NCBI GenBank assembly: GCA_043820925.1
Contig: JBDRDL010000023.1
Coordinates: 1 to 31,690, forward strand
Length of the DNA stretch: 31,690 nt
From: Methanobacteriota archaeon
GTDB taxonomy: Archaea; Hydrothermarchaeota; Hydrothermarchaeia; Hydrothermarchaeales; JACRDW01
Direction: 5' to 3'
In this document: piece by piece, positions 18,264 through 27,826 of the stretch
How the letters are laid out: the number at the start of each line of letters is the position of its first letter
Numbering within the stretch: the first letter of the stretch is position 1
Notes under the pieces: model-generated
Seen by the model: only the letters and a program-made list of their open reading frames with translations
Told to the model about the DNA's origin: nothing
The model's database searches: none
Translations under genes and position numbers: made by a program

Positions 18264-18731
18264 CTAAATAGACGAAGTTTTGCGTAGTATGTCTTTGTAC
18301 AAACTTTTTGAAATGTAGAGAAGTTTTCTCGCATAAATTTCTTTCAAAATTTCTCTCTCTTCTTCTCTTGTTATTTTGCCCAATTCGACACCTGCAAGAA
18401 TCAAGCCCAATGTGCCAGTAATCTTGACGCCCTCACTGCTTGCAATTCTTCTAGCTCGCAGGTCGTCTGTTACAAAAACAGCCTTCTCTTTCTTAGCAAT
18501 TTCAATGCAAGCATTCTCACCGCTTCCGAGATTTGACTTTTCGTCAATCGCTACCTCTAAAACTCTAAACGAATTCGGAATTTCATCCTTATCATCGATT
18601 ATAAGAGAATACTCCTGCACCACTTGTTTAGGAATTAAAATTTCGCTGCTCCCGACAAGTCTTCGCAGCAAATCAATTTTCTTGAGTCTTCCAAAAACGC
18701 TGAGAGTAGTCGTATTGATTACGACCTTCAT
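18264..18731 (-). CDS. PIN-domain protein (DUF3368-like toxin)
   Basis: VVINTTTL...P..VVQE...LGSGENACI...VTDDLRARR...GTLGLIL matches the DUF3368 pattern. Confidence 0.85.
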   Translation of the reverse strand: MKVVINTTTLSVFGRLKKIDLLRRLVGSSEILIPKQVVQEYSLIIDDKDEIPNSFRVLEVAIDEKSNLGSGENACIEIAKKEKAVFVTDDLRARRIASSEGVKITGTLGLILAGVELGKITREEEREILKEIYARKLLYISKSLYKDILRKTSSI

Positions 18732-19063
18732 GCAATCCCTTTTGCAGTCTCGATCTCTTCTTCCAATTCTCTTCTGCTCGCTGCGCCCATCTCAACTTTA
18801 ACCCCAAGAGACTCTAAAAGCTTTGCAGAATCATGAGTAGAAAGCCCAACAATGTTAGAAAACTTGCCAAGGGTTATATTTTTATTTTTATAAAGTTCAA
18901 CCGCGAAATAAAAGTCAGGCTTGATAACTGCCTTTGAGACTTTGCTGCGAATATCTTTTGGTAGATTTTCTAGCACGCTGCAAATCTTCTGTACGAGAAC
19001 TAAATCATCAGAAGTTTTGTCAGCGATTATTCTCAATCCGAGTTTTTTGTAAACAACTTCCAT
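18728..19063 (-). CDS. UPF0175-like antitoxin
   Basis: C-terminal AVELYKNKNITLGKFSNIVGLS...L...GV...ELEEEIE. Overlaps the PIN gene start. Start placed downstream of the TTTATAT box at about 19097-19103 (alternatives 19072 or 19096). Confidence 0.75.
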   Translation of the reverse strand: MEVVYKKLGLRIIADKTSDDLVLVQKICSVLENLPKDIRSKVSKAVIKPDFYFAVELYKNKNITLGKFSNIVGLSTHDSAKLLESLGVKVEMGAASRRELEEEIETAKGIA

Positions 19064-19268
19064 AGCAACCATATTAGATAATCGAATAGCTAACAATATA
19101 AAGGTTTATTTGAGGCGAATCTCATTGTTTCTGTATCTTCAAGCGCATCTCCACCAATAGCTACTATATCCGAAATTTCCTTAGCAACAACCCTGCAGAA
19201 AACCCTAGTTAACGCTGGAAATTAAAATTAGAATTATCTGCGCTTACTCTTTAACATGACGAAATAGC

Positions 19269-19856
19269 TTATCGTCTCAAACTCAAATACGTATAAATTA
19301 TCCTGTGCAGAACTGTGGCGTGCGTCAGAACTGCGAGGAGTATTAATGCAGCGTAAAAAACATCGACGCCCGGAAAGATTTTAAACACTTCGAGAAAAGT
19401 TGCAGCGATTAGGATAATCAGGCGCTCCGCCCTCTCCGCTATTCCTACATCGCATTTTGGAATAACAAGCTCTGCCCTCGCCCTGGTGTAGCTGACCAAA
19501 ATGCTGCCTACGAGAACTATGAAAATCAGAACGTAGTATTTCTCCAAGTACAGCATCAAGCCCAGCAGAATAAATGCATCTGAATATCTGTCCAGTACCG
19601 AATCCAGAAAGCCGCCGAACTTCGAGGTTTTATTTGCTGCCTTTGCGACTGCGCCGTCGATTGCGTCCAAGAAAGAAGTTACGAGGAGTAGATAAAAAGC
19701 GCAAGTCAGCTCCTTATATGCGAATGCTACAGCAGTCAAAATGCTGCTGATAAATCCCAAAATCGTCAGAGCATTTGGAGAAATTCCGACACCTGCTAAA
19801 ACTCTGGCTATCGGAGTTATCACAAAATCTAAATAATTTCTAAACCTAGACAGCAT
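19269..19856 (-). CDS. pgsA: CDP-alcohol phosphatidyltransferase (archaetidylinositol phosphate synthase-like)
   Basis: SPNALT and DAIDGAVA...GGFLDSVLDRYSD signature; SYTRARAE and ERAER. Confidence 0.92.
   Translation of the reverse strand: MLSRFRNYLDFVITPIARVLAGVGISPNALTILGFISSILTAVAFAYKELTCAFYLLLVTSFLDAIDGAVAKAANKTSKFGGFLDSVLDRYSDAFILLGLMLYLEKYYVLIFIVLVGSILVSYTRARAELVIPKCDVGIAERAERLIILIAATFLEVFKIFPGVDVFYAALILLAVLTHATVLHRIIYTYLSLRR
19284..19316. repeat. 33-bp direct repeat, copy 2 (inside the current pgsA 3' end)
   Basis: Identical to 18225-18257. Confidence 0.95.
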
Positions 19857-19896
19857 ATAGTTAAATAAACACCTATGCGTTAAAAAAGGTTATGAT

Positions 19897-21387
19897 ATGA
19901 AAATTTTGCTAATCACCGGCAAGCTCGCTGAGCCGAGGGTAAGAGAAATCGCTGAAAAATTTAACTGCGGCGTTGTCGTTGCTCCGGTAGAGACTGCCTC
20001 CTGCTTAACCCCTGAATTGATAATACAGAGCGTAAAAGGTTTTAGTGATTTTGATGTTCTTTTAGTTCCGGGACTGCTGAAGAAAGATTTGAACATAATA
20101 GAAAAAAGCACAGGCATTAAAACTTTCAGAGGTCCGAAAGATGTCGCAGATTTGGAATACGTTCTGGAGAGTATAAAGAGTATCGAACTCTCAAAAGAAA
20201 TTCCTGCGGACGAGCTTATTAAGGAGACGCTCAAGACACGGGCGCTTGAAAGACTAAAAACCGTCAATTCATCTGCCTACATTAAAAAAATGCTGAAAAA
20301 ACCAGGGAACATTATGGTAGGCAGCCTGCCCATCGGCAGGGATTTTCCAGTAAGAGTGCTTGCAGAAATCGTAGATGCAGGCAACCTGGGCAAAAAAGAA
20401 TTGCTGCAGCAGGCTGAGTACCTAAAAAATTCTGGTGCAGATATCATAGACCTGGGCTTCAACGAAAAAAACCCAGCGGTGGTCAAATCTGCCGTCAGGC
20501 TTTTAAAGAAAAAAATTAACCTGCCTGTATCTGTCGATACGATGGAAAAAGAAAATATAAGAGCTGCCTTCGGCAATGCAGATATGATACTCAGCTTTGA
20601 CTGCGAATTACTGCGCGAGTTCAGCAACGTAACAACTCCAAGCGTGATAATACCTAAGTGCGGGGATATGTCCAACAGCCCTGAGGAAAGAATTAAAATA
20701 CTTGAGAAAAACATCGAGCTGGCAAGGAAAAGAGGCTTCAAAAGAATAATCGCAGACTTGATACTTCGGCCCGTTAATTTTGGATTCGTAGATTCGATTA
20801 TGGCGTACAGGAAATTCAGCGAAAAGCACAGTTACCCGATACTTATGGGTGCTGGAAATATAACAGAACTTTTCGATGCAGACAGCGTTGGAATAAATGC
20901 CCTGCTTTGCGCAATTGCAAGCGAATGCAGCGCAAGTATAGTCTTCACAACAGAAGCAAGCGACAAGACGAGAGGAAGCGTTAGAGAGCTTGCAACTGCC
21001 TCAAAGATGATGCACCTCAGCAGGTTGCGCAACTCTCTGCCAAAAGATTTGGGAATCGACTTGCTGCTCTTAAAAGAAAAGAGGATAGTAAGAGAATGCC
21101 TGAACAGAGAATGCTTGCAGGGAAAGGTCAAAGCTAAGGCTGCAAAAAAGCATCCGCTTGACGAAAAAGGATACTTCAAGATTTTCGTGGGCGAGAAAAT
21201 TGAGTGCGTGCATTACTTCAGGGGCAAGCCGGACGTATGCATAGAGGGCAAGAATGCCAGAGAAATCTGCGATACTGTCTATGCCATGCGTCTAATTTCA
21301 GATTACTCTCATGCTCTATATCTTGGCAGAGAATTGCAAAAAGCAGAGTTTGCGCTGAAGTTCGGAAAAAGCTACGTACAATCATGA
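19897..21387 (+). CDS. Dihydropteroate synthase-like protein (archaeal MJ0107-type, pterin-binding domain plus DUF4346-like C-terminus)
   Basis: MKILLITGKLA, GADIIDLG, SVDT, GAGNITELFDADSVGIN and HALYLGRELQKAE motifs. Confidence 0.88.
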   Translation: MKILLITGKLAEPRVREIAEKFNCGVVVAPVETASCLTPELIIQSVKGFSDFDVLLVPGLLKKDLNIIEKSTGIKTFRGPKDVADLEYVLESIKSIELSKEIPADELIKETLKTRALERLKTVNSSAYIKKMLKKPGNIMVGSLPIGRDFPVRVLAEIVDAGNLGKKELLQQAEYLKNSGADIIDLGFNEKNPAVVKSAVRLLKKKINLPVSVDTMEKENIRAAFGNADMILSFDCELLREFSNVTTPSVIIPKCGDMSNSPEERIKILEKNIELARKRGFKRIIADLILRPVNFGFVDSIMAYRKFSEKHSYPILMGAGNITELFDADSVGINALLCAIASECSASIVFTTEASDKTRGSVRELATASKMMHLSRLRNSLPKDLGIDLLLLKEKRIVRECLNRECLQGKVKAKAAKKHPLDEKGYFKIFVGEKIECVHYFRGKPDVCIEGKNAREICDTVYAMRLISDYSHALYLGRELQKAEFALKFGKSYVQS

Positions 21388-21423
21388 AGATTTTTATATC
21401 TGTGGTGATAAACAAGCATAAAT

Positions 21424-23145
21424 ATGGCAAAAGTAAAGCTCACGGATACGACCTTCAGGGATGCGCATCAGTCGCTTCTCGCAACGAGAATGCGGATGCG
21501 GGACGTGCTGCCAGTCATAGAGAAGATGGACGAAGCAGGATTTTTCTCTCTTGAAGTCTGGGGTGGCGCTACCTTCGACACGTGCATCCGCTATCTCAAC
21601 GAAGACCCATGGGAGCGCATACGAACGTTCAAAAAGCACATGAAGCGCACTCCCACGCAGATGCTGCTTCGTGGACAGAATCTCGTTGGTTACAAGCACT
21701 ACAGCGATGACATCGTTGAGAAATTCGTGGAGAAGAGCGTCGAAAATGGCGTGGATATCTTTCGAATATTCGACGCCCTCAACGACATCCGCAACATGGA
21801 GCTTTCGATTAAAGTTGCAAAGAGGTGCGGAGCGCATGTTCAGGGGGCAATCTGCTATACCATAAGCCCTGTGCATACGATTAAAAAATTTGTTGAAATG
21901 GCGAAAAAACTTGAAGAGCTTGGATGCGACTCCTTCTGCATAAAGGACATGGCGGGCTTGATTTCTCCAAAGGCTGCATACGATTTGGTCAGGGCTTTAA
22001 AGAAAGAGATAAGCATACCTGTTAATTTGCATTCGCACTGCACTTCAGGAATGGCGCCAGTAAGCTACTTCGCTGCCTGCGAGGCAGGCGTGGATATACT
22101 CGACACTGCGATGTCGCCTTTTGCCTGGGGAACCTCGCAGCCTCCTACAGAGAGCATGATTGCTGCACTTAGAGGCACTCCCTACGATACCGGCATTAAA
22201 CTCGAATCACTCACAGAGGCAACTGCTTACTTCAGAGAAATCCGGAAGAAGTATTCAGGAATAATTGACCCCATATCAGAAATCGTCGATACGAATGTGC
22301 TTCTCTACCAGATACCAGGAGGCATGCTCTCGAATTTGGTTTCGCAGCTGAAAGAGCAGAATGCTCTGGATAAGTATGAAGAAGTTTTAAAAGAGACGCC
22401 GAGAGTAAGGGCAGACCTTGGATACGCTCCTCTTGTGACGCCGACGAGCCAAATTGTCGGCATTCAGGCAGTTATGAATGTTCTCGTAGGAGAGAGATAC
22501 AAGGTAGTTTCGAAGGAAGTGAAAGATTACGTTAAAGGCTTGTACGGAAAGCCTCCTGCACCGATAAGCGACGATATCAGAACAAAAATAATCGGCGAGG
22601 AGAAGCCAATAACATGCAGACCTGCTGATTTGATACCCCCTCAATACCAGCTCATGAAGGAGGAGGCTGAGAAGCTTGGAATCGTAAAAAAAGAGGAGGA
22701 CATTTTAACATACGCTCTGTATCCTGCAATTGCTCCGAAGTTCCTAAAAGGCGGAATCAAGGAAGAGCCCCTAAAATTGAAGGAAGAAGTCGCTCCCCCG
22801 CCTTCTGCAATACCTACGATTTTCAAAGTAGAGGTGGATGGGGAGAGCTATGACGTGAAAGTAGAGCCGGTCGGAGGTTTCGTTGAAATAAAGGAAAGTG
22901 GCAGCGCAATCGCAGTGGCACAGAAAGTCGTGGATGGCGGCATTGTAGCGCCGATGCAGGGAATGATTTTAAAGCTGAAGGTAAAGCTCGGACAGGCTGT
23001 GAAGAAGGGCGACATCGTTGCTGTTTTAGAAGCGATGAAAATGCAGAACGACATTTTTGCTCCAAACGGCGGCGTTGTAAAGGAGATATTTGTTGCTGAA
23101 GGAGCAGCCGTCAGTCCTGGAACAGTTTTGATGGTGATAAAGTAA
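21424..23145 (+). CDS. pycB: Pyruvate carboxylase subunit B (carboxyltransferase plus biotin carrier)
   Basis: RDAHQSL, WGGATFD, HSHCTSG, IPGGM, VTPTSQIVG and the biotin-attachment motif EAMKM. Confidence 0.95.
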   Translation: MAKVKLTDTTFRDAHQSLLATRMRMRDVLPVIEKMDEAGFFSLEVWGGATFDTCIRYLNEDPWERIRTFKKHMKRTPTQMLLRGQNLVGYKHYSDDIVEKFVEKSVENGVDIFRIFDALNDIRNMELSIKVAKRCGAHVQGAICYTISPVHTIKKFVEMAKKLEELGCDSFCIKDMAGLISPKAAYDLVRALKKEISIPVNLHSHCTSGMAPVSYFAACEAGVDILDTAMSPFAWGTSQPPTESMIAALRGTPYDTGIKLESLTEATAYFREIRKKYSGIIDPISEIVDTNVLLYQIPGGMLSNLVSQLKEQNALDKYEEVLKETPRVRADLGYAPLVTPTSQIVGIQAVMNVLVGERYKVVSKEVKDYVKGLYGKPPAPISDDIRTKIIGEEKPITCRPADLIPPQYQLMKEEAEKLGIVKKEEDILTYALYPAIAPKFLKGGIKEEPLKLKEEVAPPPSAIPTIFKVEVDGESYDVKVEPVGGFVEIKESGSAIAVAQKVVDGGIVAPMQGMILKLKVKLGQAVKKGDIVAVLEAMKMQNDIFAPNGGVVKEIFVAEGAAVSPGTVLMVIK

Positions 23146-23157
23146 CAGGGTAAGAAT

Positions 23158-24636
23158 ATGTTCAATAAAATCCTCATAGCAAATCGGGGTGAGATTGCGA
23201 TTAGAGTCATGAGGGCGTGCAGGGAGCTGGGCATCGCAACTGTAGCTGTTTTTTCAGAGGCAGACAAGCACGCACTGCACGCAAAGTATGCAGACGAAGC
23301 TTATCTCATAGGTCCTGCGCCTGCAAGCCAGAGTTATCTCAACATAGATGCCATAATGGACGTTGCAGAAAAAACTAAGGCAGAGGCGATTCATCCCGGC
23401 TATGGTTTTCTTGCGGAGAATGCGAAATTTGCAAAAGCCTGTGAAGAGCACGGCATTAAATTCATCGGTCCTTCAAGCAGGGCGATGGAAAAAATGGGGG
23501 ACAAAATCGAGGCGAGGAGAATAATGAAAAAAGCTGGAGTGCTAATAGTACCAGGCTCAGAAGGAGCGATTAGCAATGTAGATGAAGCCATTGATATAGC
23601 AGAAGAGATCGGCTATCCAATCGTGCTAAAAGCTTCCGCTGGCGGGGGAGGAATTGGAATGAAAGTCATCAACAAGGGGAAAGAACTTGAGCATACTTTT
23701 GAGTCTACGCAGGCGGTTGCGAAGTCTGCCTTTGGTAATGGAACGCTTTTCATTGAGAAATATCTAGAGAAGCCGAGGCACATCGAATTCCAGGTGCTCG
23801 CTGACTCGGAAGGTAATACTATCCATGTAAATGAGAGAGAGTGCTCGATTCAGCGCAGATACCAGAAGCTTATTGAGGAGACCCCTTCTCCAATTGTTAC
23901 AAAGCGACTCAGGAAAAAAATAGGAGCTCTCGCAGTAAAGGCAGCTTCTGCTGTTGGCTATGAAAACGCTGGCACTGTGGAAATGATATATTCCAATGAG
24001 AATTTTTACTTCCTTGAGATGAATGCCCGCCTGCAGGTGGAGCATCCAATCACAGAAATAACAACTGGAATAGACTTAGTAAAAGAGCAGATAAAAATTG
24101 CATGCGGAAAAGAATTGGAAATAGAACAGGAAGACGTAAAGCACTTCGGACATGCAATGGAATGCAGAATAAATGCAGAAGACCCGCTCAACGACTTTGC
24201 TCCCTCGCCAGGAAAGATTGTCAGATACCGCTCTCCGGGAGGACCCGGTATTAGAATAGACTCGGGTGTGAGGATGGGCTATACGATTTCACCCTACTAT
24301 GACCCAATGATTTCAAAACTCATTGCATGGGGGAGAGACAGAAACGAGGTAATAGCGAGAATGAAGAGAGCGCTTACAGAGTACATCATCGTAGGAGTAA
24401 CCACAAATATACCCTTCCATAAGGCTGTGATGAGCGACGATGCCTTCCAGCGGGGCGAGCTGTCCACGGACTTCATAGAGGAGCGCAACATCGTGGCTAA
24501 GATACCTGCGATTATCGAAGCAGATAAAGCCAGAGAGGCAAGGCTGCAGGAAATCTTCAGAGAAGATAAAAGAATTGCTGCGATTTCAGCAGCTGTGAGC
24601 TCTTACACGGGCATGGTGAAGAAAGCAGCTGAATAG
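23158..24636 (+). CDS. pycA: Pyruvate carboxylase subunit A (biotin carboxylase)
   Basis: [39 protein letters not shown] and ECRINAEDP motifs. Confidence 0.95.
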   Translation: MFNKILIANRGEIAIRVMRACRELGIATVAVFSEADKHALHAKYADEAYLIGPAPASQSYLNIDAIMDVAEKTKAEAIHPGYGFLAENAKFAKACEEHGIKFIGPSSRAMEKMGDKIEARRIMKKAGVLIVPGSEGAISNVDEAIDIAEEIGYPIVLKASAGGGGIGMKVINKGKELEHTFESTQAVAKSAFGNGTLFIEKYLEKPRHIEFQVLADSEGNTIHVNERECSIQRRYQKLIEETPSPIVTKRLRKKIGALAVKAASAVGYENAGTVEMIYSNENFYFLEMNARLQVEHPITEITTGIDLVKEQIKIACGKELEIEQEDVKHFGHAMECRINAEDPLNDFAPSPGKIVRYRSPGGPGIRIDSGVRMGYTISPYYDPMISKLIAWGRDRNEVIARMKRALTEYIIVGVTTNIPFHKAVMSDDAFQRGELSTDFIEERNIVAKIPAIIEADKAREARLQEIFREDKRIAAISAAVSSYTGMVKKAAE

Positions 24637-24984
24637 CTACCACTCCAGCGAGGGGGGAATGTCTACAGAAAAATAAACTGCCCTTTTCTTTCCCGGATTC
24701 CTTATCCTGTGCGGCAGCTTGGATTTTTGCCACATCACGTCGCCTTCTTTCAGCAGGTAATTCCTGCCCGACACCTCTACTTCTATTTCTCCCTCGAGCA
24801 CGATGCGAATTTCCTCACCCTCGTGAGAATAAACCTTTGGAATGCCCTTGCCGGGCTCGATTTCGACTGTCATGCCTTCAAGCTTCTCGCTCTTTGCAAG
24901 CAGGCGAATCGGTCCTGCTCCCAGATTAATCGTCTTTTTGCTCTCTCCCTTCCTGACAACTGCAACATCTTCCATTTTTGCCAA
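24637..24984 (-). CDS. Cupin domain protein
   Basis: YSHEGEE...LEGEIEV...LKEGD...PHRIRNPG cupin motifs. Alternative ATG start at 24975. Confidence 0.88.
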   Translation of the reverse strand: MAKMEDVAVVRKGESKKTINLGAGPIRLLAKSEKLEGMTVEIEPGKGIPKVYSHEGEEIRIVLEGEIEVEVSGRNYLLKEGDVMWQKSKLPHRIRNPGKKRAVYFSVDIPPSLEW

Positions 24985-25018
24985 ACTTATTTATTCATAT
25001 TCGTTTATAAAATACTTT

Positions 25019-25750
25019 ATGTTCAAAATCGAGCGCTTCTATGAAGTGGACTCTACCAACGACATCGCAAAGCAGCTTGCTGCAGATGGTGCTCCAGAAG
25101 GTACTGTGGTAATTTCTGAGATACAAAGAAAGGGTAGAGGTCGCAGGGAAAGGGAGTGGTTCTCTCCGAAGGGCGGAGTTTGGATGTCCATTATTCTCAG
25201 ACCGAAAGTAAGCCCTTCCCGGGCTTCGTCTCTCACCTTAGTCGCAGGACTTGCGGTTGCAAAAACGCTGTCGGGACTGTACAACTTAAAGTGCAAGCTG
25301 AAGTGGCCAAACGATGTTCTGATAAACGAGAAAAAAGTATGCGGGGTTTTGACTGAGATTAGCGCTGAAATAGACAAAATTAACTATGTAGTAGCAGGCA
25401 TAGGAATAAATGCGAACATTGACATAGGTTCTTTTCCGGGCGAATTTAGAGACGCTGCAACAACTCTAAAAAATGAACTGAATAGAGATATCTTACGGGA
25501 CGAGCTGGTCAAGCAGCTGCTGGAAGAACTTGAAAAACTTTATAAAATTTTTCAAAAGCAGGGCTTTTCAAAACTCAAAGAAGAATGGAAAAAATCTGCG
25601 AGCACGATTGGAAGAAAAGTGAGGATAATAACAGACAGCAGGACAATCGAGGGAATAGCGAGGGACATCGGCGAGAATGGAGAGCTTTTCGTCGAAGCGC
25701 AAGAGGGTATAGAAAAAATTATCTCAGGAGACTGCATTCACTTGCGATAG
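25019..25750 (+). CDS. birA: Biotin--protein ligase, lacking the N-terminal HTH
   Basis: DSTN, QRKGRGR, KWPND, KKVCGVL and GIGIN motifs. Start reassigned to ATG 25019. Confidence 0.95.
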   Translation: MFKIERFYEVDSTNDIAKQLAADGAPEGTVVISEIQRKGRGRREREWFSPKGGVWMSIILRPKVSPSRASSLTLVAGLAVAKTLSGLYNLKCKLKWPNDVLINEKKVCGVLTEISAEIDKINYVVAGIGINANIDIGSFPGEFRDAATTLKNELNRDILRDELVKQLLEELEKLYKIFQKQGFSKLKEEWKKSASTIGRKVRIITDSRTIEGIARDIGENGELFVEAQEGIEKIISGDCIHLR

Positions 25751-25835
25751 CAAGACCGCAAGTCTAACGCACTACCTAACGGTATTGCGATAGCAAGACC
25801 GCAAGACTTGCGCCTACCTAACGGTATTGCGTTAG
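25739..25835 (+). repeat. Tandem ~43-bp palindromic unit (module A) x2 plus a partial third
   Basis: TTGCGATAGCAAGACCGCAAGTCTAACGCACTACCTAACGGTA (25742-25784), then TTGCGATAGCAAGACCGCAAGACTTGCGCCTACCTAACGGTA (25785-25826), then TTGCGTTAG. Homologous to 10567-10615. Confidence 0.9.
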
Positions 25836-25879
25836 AAAAATTTAAATAAGTTCACCAGCAATGTGGTAGAGGTTATTAT

Positions 25880-26698
25880 ATGGAGTACCGGCAGGCGAGG
25901 TATAACTTCTTCAAATGGAGATATGAATCTAACTTTGCGCACAAGCTAGCCTTGGCTTTTATCTTTGCAGGTTTAACCGGTCTTGGAGCACAGCTCAGAA
26001 TTTACCTGCCCTTCACTCCAGTTCCCATAACCGCTCAGGTTTTCTTTGTACTTTTGAGCGGAGTTGTGCTCGGGAAATGGTACGGCGGGGCGAGCCAATT
26101 AATTTATATAGGACTGGGCGGGGCAGGCTTGCCATGGTTTGCTGGAATGAACAGCGGCTGGGCATATCTGACAGGAGTAACCGGCGGCTATATAGTCGGC
26201 TTCGTAGTAGCTGCAACGATAATCGGCTGGTTCGTGGATAACTTTGTTAGAGCAAGAAACTTTACCTTCCAGCTCTCGCTCATGTTCTTTGGCGTTGTCA
26301 TAATATACTCTCTCGGCGCTTTGCAGTTTTATTTAGTTCTCGCTGCGGCGCCTGCGCTCGGTTTTAAAGAAGTCGTCGCAATGGCTGTGCTTCCATTTAT
26401 ACCCGGAGACATTCTTAAAGCACTTGCAGCAGTCGGCGCTGCAACGATGCTGCTGCCGAAGGAAGCGTACAACGGCGAAGTTGATTTTAAGGACGCAGTA
26501 AAAGCAAGATTGGTAAACACCGCCGGTGCAGTAGTCAGCGGCATACTAACAGTATTCTTTGTGCTGTTGTTCTGGCTGAAATTGTTAAGCCTCGGAGAAA
26601 TAAGTGCTGCTGAACTTCTGAACCAAAGCTTCTGGTACTCCTCTTCAGCACTGTTGAGCGGTCTGCTATTGCTCCATTTCTCAAAAAAATTATTTTGA
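25880..26698 (+). CDS. bioY: Biotin transporter BioY with a C-terminal hydrophobic extension
   Basis: PFTPVPITAQ, GLPWFAG, TGGYIVGF and PFIPGDILK motifs; follows birA. Confidence 0.93.
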   Translation: MEYRQARYNFFKWRYESNFAHKLALAFIFAGLTGLGAQLRIYLPFTPVPITAQVFFVLLSGVVLGKWYGGASQLIYIGLGGAGLPWFAGMNSGWAYLTGVTGGYIVGFVVAATIIGWFVDNFVRARNFTFQLSLMFFGVVIIYSLGALQFYLVLAAAPALGFKEVVAMAVLPFIPGDILKALAAVGAATMLLPKEAYNGEVDFKDAVKARLVNTAGAVVSGILTVFFVLLFWLKLLSLGEISAAELLNQSFWYSSSALLSGLLLLHFSKKLF

Positions 26699-27640
26699 TT
26701 CTTGCTTTTTCTTTGCTTCTTTTGCAATCTCAGATACCGTGGTTGCGATAAACACCCTGCCTTCCGGGTGATATATGTTCACCAAAGAAGAATCTGCCAA
26801 GAGCTCTTTCATGGATTTTAGAAGTTCTGGACTGCAAACCGCTCCCAGAGCGCATACAGAAGTAGCCCTGACTTCTTCCCTCGAATCCTTGAGGAGTGCC
26901 AGCAACTTCGGAACAGCTTCCTTGACTAGCTCTGGATTTTTTATTCCAATTAACGCAAGCGCATAGCCTGCATTCTCTTTAAGTCCTGCATTCTCGTCCA
27001 GAAACTTTATCAGCTTCGGAATCGCCTCCTTGACCAACTCTGGATTGTCGTTTCCTATCAGCCCAAGAATATAAGTCGAGTTAATTTTTACTATTTCGTT
27101 CTCATCCTCGAGAGCATCCACAAATCTATGGGCAAAATTCTTGACCAAGCTCGGATTTCCCTTTGCGAGCAGTGCGAGAGAGCACGCAGCATTCGAACGG
27201 ATTATGTCGCTTTTTGAATTTAAAAAATCTATGAGCTTTGGAACAGCTTTCTCAACTAACTGCGGGTTCTCTTCTCCTATAAGCGCCAGCGCGTAAGCAG
27301 CGTTTCTCCGAACATTCATGCTCTTGTCGTTCAGAAGTTGTATGAATTTAGCTACCCCAGACTTAATCATCTCAGGATAGCTCTCTCCTATCAGGGCGAT
27401 GGCAGAAATCGAAGCCTCTCGAACAGCCTTGTTCTTGTCGCCTGAAAACTCCACAAGCTTCGGTATAAACTCCTCAGCAAATACTGGATTTTCCTCCCCG
27501 ATACTCTTCAAAACATTGATGGCCTTTATTCTAGCCTCTACGCCGGGATTCTTTAAAAGCTTCTCCAGAATTTTCTTATCTTTTTTTGCAGATTCTATCA
27601 ATTCCCTGTCAATCATATCAATAAGAAATTTAGATAACAT
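26690..27640 (-). CDS. HEAT/ARM-repeat protein
   Basis: About six ~40-aa repeats of the form P.L...L.D....VR.NAA.ALALIG..NPELV.EA. Start could be 27616. Confidence 0.9.
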   Translation of the reverse strand: MLSKFLIDMIDRELIESAKKDKKILEKLLKNPGVEARIKAINVLKSIGEENPVFAEEFIPKLVEFSGDKNKAVREASISAIALIGESYPEMIKSGVAKFIQLLNDKSMNVRRNAAYALALIGEENPQLVEKAVPKLIDFLNSKSDIIRSNAACSLALLAKGNPSLVKNFAHRFVDALEDENEIVKINSTYILGLIGNDNPELVKEAIPKLIKFLDENAGLKENAGYALALIGIKNPELVKEAVPKLLALLKDSREEVRATSVCALGAVCSPELLKSMKELLADSSLVNIYHPEGRVFIATTVSEIAKEAKKKQESK

Positions 27641-27649
27641 TAAAAATAG

Positions 27650-27805
27650 TGCGGGCTTAGTTCGAGCCGAAAGGACTCACACAAATGGTCCGAAGACCAT
27701 AAGGCGCTCCTTTCAAACGAATTATTGTCCCGAAGGACAATACCCGTCGTTCTCGGCTGCGTATCCGAAGACTGCACGCCTCGAAACACCCAATCTAAAC
27801 CCGCA
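27650..27805 (-). ncRNA. Candidate structured non-coding RNA or structured 5' leader (~156 nt, E4)
   Basis: 11-bp terminal stem UGCGGGUUUAG/CUAAGCCCGCA, three C(UUCG)G-capped hairpins, an upstream TATA box and a downstream TATTTTT. Confidence 0.6.
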
Positions 27806-27826
27806 ATATTATGCTTGTCCTCATCG

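Larger units (their letters stand above)
18225..19316. mobile_element. Inserted ~1.06-kb TA cassette bounded by 33-bp direct repeats
   Basis: Perfect flanking duplication with a 1059-bp offset; AT-richer interior; carries only a PIN/antitoxin pair. Confidence 0.7.

Noticed and set aside
19105..19268. Possible gene remnant inside the TA cassette (minus strand ...FCRVVAKEISDIVAIGGDALEDTE...)
   Set aside because: Short, no clear start and no recognisable family; cannot be supported without a database search.
25742..25835. Possible mini CRISPR array
   Set aside because: The units are directly adjacent with no unique spacers, there are no cas genes, and a homologous unit is embedded in another element.
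27650..27805. tRNA with an intron (7-bp GCGGGUU/AGCCCGC stem followed by A)
   Set aside because: There is no D-arm, no 5-bp T-stem with a TTCRAAT loop at the right distance from the 3' end, and no anticodon arm.
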